Source: Candidatus Woesearchaeota archaeon
GTDB taxonomy: Archaea > Nanobdellota > Nanobdellia > Woesearchaeales > WAPJ01
DNA length: 64,000 nucleotides
Reading direction: 5' to 3'
Assembly: GCA_047602765.1 (NCBI GenBank)
Contig: JBLKOL010000001.1
Span: forward strand, 2,273-66,272
In this document: piece by piece, positions 37,843-45,413 of the stretch
Position numbering within the stretch: the stretch's first letter is position 1
Layout of the letters: each line of letters opens with the position of its first letter
Position numbers and translations under genes: made by a program
Notes under the pieces: model-generated
Database searches by the model: none
What the model saw: the letters and a program-made list of their open reading frames with translations, nothing else
What the model was told of the DNA's origin: nothing

Positions 37843-37850
37843 GATATAAA
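37843..37850 (-). promoter_or_regulatory. TATA box for GTPase gene
   Basis: gatataaa 22 nt from ATG 37821. Confidence 0.5.
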
Positions 37851-37890
37851 GGTCCGTGTTCGGAGGGTTTTCGACTCGGGACCCGACACG

Positions 37891-37898
37891 CTTATATG
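37891..37898 (+). promoter_or_regulatory. TATA box for antitoxin-toxin pair
   Basis: cttatatg 28 nt upstream of ATG 37921. Confidence 0.5.
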
Positions 37899-37920
37899 CA
37901 CGCTATAACTTCTACATAGT

Positions 37921-38154
37921 ATGGCGAAGACGACGATCCAACTCAGCAGTCGAACGCTTGAGAGGCTCAAGGATCATAAGTACTTCGAGCGCCAGTCGTA
38001 CGACGAAGTGCTCAACCGGATCCTCGACGAGATCGAAGAGGAACACTTGGGCGATGAAGAGATCGAGGATTTGCATGAAGCGCTCGAACAGGTGCGCACG
38101 GGCGAAACCGAGCCGATCGAAGCGGTTGCCCGTTCCCTCGGTGTGAAGCTGTGA
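37921..38154 (+). CDS. Putative antitoxin (RHH-like N-terminus, acidic tail)
   Basis: MAKTTIQLSSRTLERLKD..., directly upstream of and overlapping the RelE-like gene (GTGA). Confidence 0.6.
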   Translation: MAKTTIQLSSRTLERLKDHKYFERQSYDEVLNRILDEIEEEHLGDEEIEDLHEALEQVRTGETEPIEAVARSLGVKL

Positions 38155-38405
38155 CGTATCGGGTCGAACTGACCAAGAGGGCCTCAGGCTACCTGCGAAG
38201 CGTAGAGCATACTGAGGCAGAACGCATCCTCAAGAGGATCTATGCGCTCCGCGAGAACCCGATGCCGCACCTCAAGAAGCTCAAAGGGACACGTCTCTGG
38301 AGGTTAAGGATCGGTTCACATCGAGCGATCATCGATGTGCTCATCAAAGGAAAACGACTGATCGTCCTTCGCATCGGACGCCGGTCGAACGTGTACGATC
38401 GTTGA
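38151..38405 (+). CDS. RelE/ParE-family type II toxin
   Basis: YRVELTKRASGYL...LKGTRLWRLRIGSHRAIIDVLIKGKRLIVLRIGRRSNVY. Confidence 0.8.
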   Translation: MTYRVELTKRASGYLRSVEHTEAERILKRIYALRENPMPHLKKLKGTRLWRLRIGSHRAIIDVLIKGKRLIVLRIGRRSNVYDR

Positions 38406-38444
38406 ATGCGGAAGCATTATAGCTGAGCGATGCGTAGAGAGCAT

Positions 38445-38573
38445 ATGGATGTGAATCGACGCGGCGAGCCGAACGTTCATGAGGTCGCCGCCTTCGTCGA
38501 AGCGCTCGAACGAGGGCGCAAAGAGAGCGCCCACGACTACGTGTACAAGTCCTCTCACGTGTACGAACGCTGA
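38445..38573 (+). CDS. Possible 42-aa leaderless small ORF
   Basis: ATG 28 nt after TATA cattatag (38415-38422); MDVNRRGEPNVHEVAAFVEALERGRKESAHDYVYKSSHVYER; no family. Confidence 0.25.
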   Translation: MDVNRRGEPNVHEVAAFVEALERGRKESAHDYVYKSSHVYER

Positions 38574-38635
38574 CAAAGCCTTATATACTCCTCGTCTCGT
38601 TCGCGCTGGGTAGAACCTCGTTCTGCGGATATCCC

Positions 38636-39889
38636 ATGGCATTCACCGATATGAACCTGATGCGCGAACTCGTTCGCACCCTCGAAGAGCTCAACTACAC
38701 CGAACCGACGCCGATCCAGGAACAGGCGATCCCCGCGCTCCTCGAAGGACATGATCTCATCGGCATCGCTCAGACGGGTACGGGTAAGACGGCGGCGTTC
38801 TCGCTGCCCATCCTCCAGCACCTCGCCAAGCATCCGAAGCGGACGGTGAAGGGATCGGTCCGCGTGCTCATCCTCGCTCCGACGCGTGAACTCGCAGCGC
38901 AGATCCGCGAGAGCATGCGCGAGTACGGCTCGAAGCTCAAGGTACGCTCAGCCGTGATCTTCGGTGGTGTCGGACAGTCGCCTCAAGTGAGCGCGCTGCG
39001 GCAGGGTGTCGACGTGCTCGTCGCAACGCCTGGGCGTTTGCTCGACTTGATGAACCAAGGATTCGTGGACTTGCATGATCTTGAGATCTTCGTGCTCGAC
39101 GAAGCTGATCGGATGCTCGACATGGGGTTCATCCATGACGTGAAAAAGGTCATCTCACACCTTCCTAAGAAGCGTCAGACGCTCTTCTTCTCCGCGACGA
39201 TGCCTCCTCAGGTCGCTGAGCTCGCCAAGGGCCTGCTCGTAGATCCGGTACGTGTCGAAGTGACTCCGCAGGCTACGACGGTCGAGCGCGTCGATCAGAA
39301 GGTGCTCTTCGTCGATGACAAGCGCAAGAACGATCTGCTCCTCGAACTCCTCGAAGCGGAGCATCTTGAGAGCGTACTCATCTTCACGCGCACGAAGCAT
39401 CGTGCGAACAAAGTCGCGAAGATCCTTGTATCGAACGGTATTCGAGCCGAGGCGATCCACGGCAACAAATCCCAGACAGCTCGAACGCAGGCGCTTCGGG
39501 CCTTCAGTTCCGGCAAGGCGCGCGTTCTCGTCGCCACGGACATCGCTGCGCGCGGCATCGATGTCGATGACATCTCGCACGTCATCAACTACGACATCCC
39601 TGATGATCCTGAATCGTACGTACATCGCATCGGACGAACGGCTCGAGCGGGTCGCGAGGGAGTCGCATACTCGTTCTGTGATGCTCAGGAACGCGACCGT
39701 CTTCGTGACGTTGAGAAGCTCATCCGGATGAAGCTCGAGGTCTTCGAACACCGCTACCACTCCCAAGCAGCGCAGGATGCTAAGGGTGCGGCTGCGCGTC
39801 CGCCTCCGAAGACCCAGCGCTCGCACAGGCCTCGCCCGCGCCAGAACCGTCCGAAGAGTGGTTCGAGGCGTGTCCGGCGTTCGAGATGA
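38636..39889 (+). CDS. DEAD-box ATP-dependent RNA helicase with basic C-terminal tail
   Basis: Q motif, AQTGTGKTAAF, DEAD, SAT, HRIGRTARAG. Confidence 0.95.
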   Translation: MAFTDMNLMRELVRTLEELNYTEPTPIQEQAIPALLEGHDLIGIAQTGTGKTAAFSLPILQHLAKHPKRTVKGSVRVLILAPTRELAAQIRESMREYGSKLKVRSAVIFGGVGQSPQVSALRQGVDVLVATPGRLLDLMNQGFVDLHDLEIFVLDEADRMLDMGFIHDVKKVISHLPKKRQTLFFSATMPPQVAELAKGLLVDPVRVEVTPQATTVERVDQKVLFVDDKRKNDLLLELLEAEHLESVLIFTRTKHRANKVAKILVSNGIRAEAIHGNKSQTARTQALRAFSSGKARVLVATDIAARGIDVDDISHVINYDIPDDPESYVHRIGRTARAGREGVAYSFCDAQERDRLRDVEKLIRMKLEVFEHRYHSQAAQDAKGAAARPPPKTQRSHRPRPRQNRPKSGSRRVRRSR

Positions 39890-40112
39890 GCATGTGGAGC
39901 GATTCTCGAGTCGGCCTCTATGAAAGAACGCGATCTCCGGTAGGGGTTTCCCTCGTTCGGCGGATACCTGTGACGGTCTTCTGGTGCTTCAGGTTCTTGG
40001 AGCAGGTATGATCCTCTGCCTGTGCACGAATAACCACTCTCATCGAATGTTGTTGCATCTGTAGAGTAGATACTTCGGGAAGGCTTATATGCTGGTAGTC
40101 AGCACACCTCTC

Positions 40113-40496
40113 ATGCCGCCAACGTTCATAACCGATGTTCAGTACCGTTCGAGTTTGCCCTGGACCCTTGCCGTGGCGTTCCCCAAAGAGCAGGGTCACA
40201 AGCCGGTCATCGATGACCTGGTTTCACAGCTCGAAGCAGCAGGGCACTCGGACCTCACCTACGACGAGCATACAGCGCCGCACTACATCCCGAGTAGAGG
40301 TGAGCGTCGGTTCGTTTCCATCAGGAGACGCGAGAGTGCTGAAGGGTACCTGGCTCGGGTTGACATACCTCCGGAGGGTGGCCGAGCGTACATCCAGACC
40401 ACTCGTGCTTTGGATGAAGGAGAATTCCTGGGAGCATATGCTGCTCGACTATCTGAATTGCTTACATCCTCAGGTACGGATCAACAGGAGCCGTAG
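40113..40496 (+). CDS. Hypothetical protein (127 aa)
   Basis: ATG about 25 nt after TATA cttatat (40084-40090). Confidence 0.45.
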   Translation: MPPTFITDVQYRSSLPWTLAVAFPKEQGHKPVIDDLVSQLEAAGHSDLTYDEHTAPHYIPSRGERRFVSIRRRESAEGYLARVDIPPEGGRAYIQTTRALDEGEFLGAYAARLSELLTSSGTDQQEP

Positions 40497-40735
40497 CGAA
40501 CGATACGGCCTAGCGCGAGTGGTCGGCTCATACGGTCGTGCGCTCAGAGAGTATGCTTCAAAGGGACTCGCTCCGATTAGTGAGTATGACGTTCAGATCC
40601 GTACAGATCGATGCTCGCTATCGTGTCATCGGTGGGTCGCCTCGTAGAGCCCTTCGTATCGAGTGTTTCTCACTCGGATCTGATTGTTGAGTGTTCGGAG
40701 CACCGACAGCGTGTGTTGTGGTGGGCGGTCCGAGC

Positions 40736-41671
40736 TCAGGCTGCAGTCCACTCGGGGTGGTGTGCGGGTGGTTTCTCGAGCGGTTCATACGCGTCTGTGA
40801 GTCGTTCGTTCGCTCGGTCGAGGTATGGGATTTCGATGATCGTGCCGTTCTCTCTGAGGTCATAGAACGAGTTATCGTAGGGTTTGAGCCTGAGCGGGCC
40901 GACCGGCTCGCTTGTAGTGTATCCTCTGCGCGCAAGCGCACGCCTGATGACTTCCAAAGGCTGCTCGCTGAGCGATCGATCATGGCTGACGCTCCTCTTG
41001 TTCTCGCGATACTCGTAGAGCGTTCGGGGTACGTGTGCGAAGTTCACGCCTGCTGCAAGCTCGGAGAGCCGCAGGAGCATGTCGAAGTCCTCTCCTTTCT
41101 TGAGGGTGGGGTCGTAGCCGCCGATCTCACAGAAGGCACTCGCATCGATGAACTGGCACATGCCGACGAACGAGGTGTGCAGGAGCGGGTCGAGCAGCCT
41201 CCCTTTGTACTGTTCGTGCAGTTCATGGAAACGAGCCTTCTTCCGATCGTGGATGACGCTCTCAAGATCTTCAGTTACTTTCCGATGGTCGGTGTAGGTA
41301 AGCGCGTATCCAGGGGCTGCGTACGCGCACGACCGTACCGCATCAGGGTGGATGCGATCATCCGCATCGGCGAAGAAGAGGTACTGGCCTTCAGAGACCG
41401 ACACGCCATGGTTGCGGGCGACGCTCGCTCCTGCGTTCGTCTCGAGTTCGACGACTCGGATTCCTGGTATGCTTTTCAGGTGACGTATGTCTCCGGATGC
41501 ATCATCGACGACGATGACCTCGAGCCGTTCGCGCGGATAGTTCTGGTCAAGGGCGGAACGCACCGCGGTGAGTGCCCATTCGTTGCGCACTTGGTAGTGG
41601 GGTATGATGATGCTCACGTAGGGTAAGGTAGCTGTTTCGCGCGATGGTTCTAGTATTCGGGTGGGGTGCAT
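40736..41671 (-). CDS. Family 2 glycosyltransferase
   Basis: VSIIIPHYQ..., VIVVDDASGD, FADADD (DxD). Confidence 0.85.
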   Translation of the reverse strand: MHPTRILEPSRETATLPYVSIIIPHYQVRNEWALTAVRSALDQNYPRERLEVIVVDDASGDIRHLKSIPGIRVVELETNAGASVARNHGVSVSEGQYLFFADADDRIHPDAVRSCAYAAPGYALTYTDHRKVTEDLESVIHDRKKARFHELHEQYKGRLLDPLLHTSFVGMCQFIDASAFCEIGGYDPTLKKGEDFDMLLRLSELAAGVNFAHVPRTLYEYRENKRSVSHDRSLSEQPLEVIRRALARRGYTTSEPVGPLRLKPYDNSFYDLRENGTIIEIPYLDRANERLTDAYEPLEKPPAHHPEWTAA

Positions 41672-41848
41672 GGTCTGGTCCGCAGAGCCATTATGATCGG
41701 CATGATGACTCGAGCAGGAGTAGTGGTCGTCTGAAGCATTATAATAGGAAAGAATCGCTTCTTTTGTTGATCGTAGCGATCCGTTGTTTCAATGGATCAT
41801 TCTACCAAACCTAAAGGGTGTGCTGAGAGATTCCGTCTATTCGCCAGT

Positions 41849-43234
41849 TCACGAACGGGGAATCATCTGTTCGAGTATCGCTCGTGCCTTCTTGATATCT
41901 GCCTTGCCCTGCATCGATCGCATGAGTTGGCCGGCGAGGAAGTTCATCGTCTTCTCGTTCCCTGCTCGGTAGTCGTCCGCAGCCTTCGGGTTCGCGTCGA
42001 TCACCGTTCGAGCAGCGTCTCGCAGTGCTGCATCGTCAGAAACCATGCCGAGCCCTTCGTTCTCGACTCGTTCTTGTGGTGAGAAGTCTTCTTCGTAGAG
42101 CTGTTCGACGAGTTCGCGCATCGTCTTATCCGAAATCGCTCCGTCAGAGGCGAGCCGTGCGGCTTCGGCGAGGTGTTCGCTCGAACCTGCGAAGGAACGC
42201 GGATGCGCCTGATGGTAGTTGACGACGCGTAGGAATTCGCTTCTGAGGAACCGTCCTGCGAATCCTCCTTCGATCCCCTTGGCGAGGATCCGTTCTGCGT
42301 GTTCGCTCACGACGGGATGTACGGTGATGATCGCCGCATCCTCAGCGTTCATTCCTGCTGCGATGAGTGATTGGAGAACCGCCTCAGGATCGCGTTCGGT
42401 CAGAGCAGCTGCTTCGTCTCTCATCGTATCGTTGATTGCGATGCGGGGAAGATCCTGTTCGGGTATGAATCGGTAGTCGAGCGCGTGTTCCTTGCTTCGC
42501 ATGAACACCGTCTCCGTACCGGTCCATGTGCGCGTCTCGTGCGGTACGGGCTCTGATCGCGAGACGAGTTCGCGTTGGCGTTGCGCTTCTGATTCGATGG
42601 CTTCGAGAATCGCTGAGAACGAGTTGATGTTCTTGATCTCGACGCGTTCGTACTTCGGAGCGATCGATACGTTCACGTCGGCTTTGATGCCGAAGCGTTC
42701 ATCGAAGCACCCGGCGTAGTCGAGTCGTCTTCTGAGCTTCTCGAGCCATTCGCGTGCGTGTTCGGCGCTCGTGATATCGGGTTCGGTGACGATTTCGATG
42801 AGTGGTGTTCCGCTCCGGTTGTAATCCACGCTGCCGGTCTGTGGGTCGTAGCGCGCGGGATCCTCTTCGAGGTGTACCTGCATGATGCGTACGCTTTCGA
42901 AGCTCCCTTTTCGCGCGATGGGGTATGCGTACGATCCTGACATGGTCCGTTGGTATCCTGCGGGTAGGTCGGGGTAACTGTAGTGTTTGCGTTGGAAGGC
43001 TGGCTTGGGGTCGAGGGTTGATCCGAAGAGGCGTGCGATGGCGATCGTTTTGATGATCGCCTCTTCGTTGGGTGCCATCGGGTTCGCTCCGGGCTGCGCG
43101 GTGCAGACCGGGCAGATATTAGTGTTCGGCTTGGCTTCGGGGTCGATCGTGCAGTCGCAGAAGAGCTTCGCCTTCGATTCCATGCGCGGATACACGTGGA
43201 TTTCGAGGCCCACTTTGAGTGTTCGCTCGCTCAT
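41849..43234 (-). CDS. gatB: Asp/Glu-tRNA amidotransferase subunit B
   Basis: LKVGLEIHVYP, KLFCDC...NTNICPVCTAQPGANP, C-terminal YqeY-like NFLAGQLMRSMQGKAD. Confidence 0.9.
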   Translation of the reverse strand: MSERTLKVGLEIHVYPRMESKAKLFCDCTIDPEAKPNTNICPVCTAQPGANPMAPNEEAIIKTIAIARLFGSTLDPKPAFQRKHYSYPDLPAGYQRTMSGSYAYPIARKGSFESVRIMQVHLEEDPARYDPQTGSVDYNRSGTPLIEIVTEPDITSAEHAREWLEKLRRRLDYAGCFDERFGIKADVNVSIAPKYERVEIKNINSFSAILEAIESEAQRQRELVSRSEPVPHETRTWTGTETVFMRSKEHALDYRFIPEQDLPRIAINDTMRDEAAALTERDPEAVLQSLIAAGMNAEDAAIITVHPVVSEHAERILAKGIEGGFAGRFLRSEFLRVVNYHQAHPRSFAGSSEHLAEAARLASDGAISDKTMRELVEQLYEEDFSPQERVENEGLGMVSDDAALRDAARTVIDANPKAADDYRAGNEKTMNFLAGQLMRSMQGKADIKKARAILEQMIPRS

Positions 43235-43317
43235 GCCCTACGGTTCGGTTCGGGGTTTATAGGGTGTGCGGTTCACAATCGTTTCATGCGCGGTGTGCTG
43301 AATCCTGTGCGCAGCTC

Positions 43318-43596
43318 TTATCTGATGATGCCTGCCTGTGAGAGGTCCACATAGTATTCGTGTTCCTGTACTGGTTCGTAGCCCAGATGCGTCCAGCATG
43401 TATCGTTCGAGTTCGCTCCGATGACGATGGTCTCGATGTCGAGCGCGTCACAGATACGCTCGCGCGCTTCGACGAGCATCCGTCCGATTCCCTGGCCGTT
43501 CCATCCGCGGCGTACCTTGAGCGATCCGTTCGCTGAGAGTCGCAGTTCGGGGATGATGGTGAACCGGTACCAACCAGGTCCTCCCGAGATATCCAC
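43318..43596 (-). CDS. Short GNAT-like acetyltransferase fragment (GTG start; open in frame back to the upstream TAA)
   Basis: RRGWNGQGIGRMLVEAR (motif A-like) and THLGYEPV; same frame as 43708-44319 with only a TAA between. Confidence 0.45.
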   Translation of the reverse strand: MDISGGPGWYRFTIIPELRLSANGSLKVRRGWNGQGIGRMLVEARERICDALDIETIVIGANSNDTCWTHLGYEPVQEHEYYVDLSQAGIIR

Positions 43597-43707
43597 AGGA
43601 GTTCGAGTCCTGCTTTCGAGTACGGGTTCGTATCGGTGTGCAGGTCCGTCCTCCGGAGCACTGTTCCGCTGATCCGCCCCACCGCGTTGCCCGTATCGGT
43701 GTTCACG

Positions 43708-44319
43708 TTATGCACCGCTGATGCGTTCGAAGAGCGATTCTGCACGAGCATATTTACGTCGTGCGGTTCTCGGATGCTCGCATTCGAAGAACATCCCTGC
43801 GGGGTAGAGGGCTTCGCCGTCGATCGCTACGACGGGATGCGCGTCTCCTCTCCATGCGTCTTGTATGACGCGCGCTCCGCTTACGTAGATGCCTCCTGGT
43901 ACGAGCGGATGTACGATGCCATCGTCGCTCTCGATCATCTGGTGGCGGAACGAGAGTATGTTGGGCATGCCGTATCCGGTGCGCTTGAGGGTTCCGATCG
44001 GCTCTCCTCCGATCGTGAGGATGGCGAGCGAGGCCGCTCCGTGTACCGCTGTTTCGAGGGCTCGCAGGTGGTTCATACCTGCTTCAGAACACACGCCGAT
44101 GTAGTCGAGTTCTCGTTCGCAGGCGGCGCGAACGCTTCCTGTGATCGGTTCGAAGGCTGATATGGGCACACGCTCGCGAGCGTACGAGACGAACGGTTCG
44201 GAGTGCTCCGTTTCGGGTACGAACGCATATGCCTTGGGGATCAGTCGGGGACTGAACGGTGGCGTGCGTATCTTCTTTTCCAGCGATTCTCTGCTGAGCA
44301 TGTGCTCGGAAACCACCAA
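43708..44319 (-). CDS. Hypothetical protein (203 aa)
   Basis: Long ORF with typical codon bias; no motif recognised. Confidence 0.5.
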   Translation of the reverse strand: MVVSEHMLSRESLEKKIRTPPFSPRLIPKAYAFVPETEHSEPFVSYARERVPISAFEPITGSVRAACERELDYIGVCSEAGMNHLRALETAVHGAASLAILTIGGEPIGTLKRTGYGMPNILSFRHQMIESDDGIVHPLVPGGIYVSGARVIQDAWRGDAHPVVAIDGEALYPAGMFFECEHPRTARRKYARAESLFERISGA

Positions 44320-44331
44320 GAGATTAAATAA

Positions 44332-45378
44332 CTACTTATTCGTAGTTACTTGTTGTTCGTCTTTCGGTGCGTCATGCGCCTCGCACCACTCGAGCATCCA
44401 CGCCGCTGCCTGTGCTGGAGTGAGTTTCTTGAAGGTTCCTCCAGCGGCGCGGTCGTGTCCTCCTCCGATGCCCATGAGCGTCGCGATGTCTTTGACGTTC
44501 ACGCTGCCCGGCAGGCTGCGCAGGCTCACCTTCACGCTACCGTCGCTGCGTGGAGTGCCGACGAACGTCCAGTCGATCGATTCGACTTGGAGCGCATACG
44601 ATACGAACTGGTGTGCTGCTTCGCTGATCGGATCGTCATCGACGCCTTCGACCTCGTCTTCTTCGAGGTAGCTGTACATCGCCTTGGGCCATCCGGGAAG
44701 CTCGATCATCTGCGCTCTGCTGAGGAGTTTGACGTAGAGCGGATGCGCTTTGAGGCTGCGCAAGTGGTATCCTGCGAGGAAGGACTGCACGTTCAGGTTC
44801 GACTCCATGATGAGCCGGTGAGCGGTGATGAGGACCTGAGCGTTCTTCGGCGTGATGAAGCGGAACCGGCCGGTGTCTCCGAGGATCCCCATGAGCAGGA
44901 TCGGCGCGATCATCTCGTCGAGCTCTCCGTTCGTGTAGAAGATCTTCTCGATCATCTCTGTCGTCGAAGCCGCTGTGGGGTCGATGATGTTCAGATCGAA
45001 TTCGAGCGTTTCGTAGTGGTGGTGGTCGATGCAGATCGTCTCGACCTCCATCGCCTCAAGACCGAAACGGTGCCACTGGTTCCCATCGAGGAAGATCACC
45101 AGATCAGCATCTTCGATCGCGCTTTCAAGGTCGTCGGTGAATTCGATACGGTCGTAGAGTTCGAAGGAACTCCACCGCGGCATCCGCACACCCGGATAGA
45201 CCATCCGTACATCGGTATGTCCGAGCGTACGGGTGATCGCATAGTACGTACTGATCACCGACGCGATCGAATCGTCATCAGGTGAGATATGGCCTGTGAT
45301 TACGATGCGCTGTGCTTCGTTGATCCTCCGAAGGACCTCGAAACGCACTTCATCGGTGATCTCGTCTGTGACACTCAT
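44332..45378 (-). CDS. DHH/DHHA1 phosphoesterase (NrnA-like)
   Basis: HISPDDDSIAS, ICIDHHH, GIGGGHDRAAGG. Confidence 0.85.
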   Translation of the reverse strand: MSVTDEITDEVRFEVLRRINEAQRIVITGHISPDDDSIASVISTYYAITRTLGHTDVRMVYPGVRMPRWSSFELYDRIEFTDDLESAIEDADLVIFLDGNQWHRFGLEAMEVETICIDHHHYETLEFDLNIIDPTAASTTEMIEKIFYTNGELDEMIAPILLMGILGDTGRFRFITPKNAQVLITAHRLIMESNLNVQSFLAGYHLRSLKAHPLYVKLLSRAQMIELPGWPKAMYSYLEEDEVEGVDDDPISEAAHQFVSYALQVESIDWTFVGTPRSDGSVKVSLRSLPGSVNVKDIATLMGIGGGHDRAAGGTFKKLTPAQAAAWMLEWCEAHDAPKDEQQVTTNK

Positions 45379-45413
45379 ACGATGATGGCCTGACCGTCCC
45401 CTTATAACGCTTC

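Noticed and set aside
40691-41626. 311-aa plus-strand ORF exactly mirroring the GT2 gene
   Set aside because: It is an antisense shadow of the minus-strand glycosyltransferase, which carries clear GT2 motifs. The plus-strand product has no motifs and an odd composition. Long open antisense frames are expected with strong GC3 bias.
41792-42082. 96-aa plus-strand ORF downstream of a TATA-like gcattataatagg
   Set aside because: Most of it is antisense to the 3' end of gatB. There are no motifs, and the TATA is more plausibly an upstream element for the GT2 gene.
44350-45285. 311-aa plus-strand ORF over the DHH gene
   Set aside because: It is a shadow ORF. The minus strand encodes the DHH/DHHA1 motifs.
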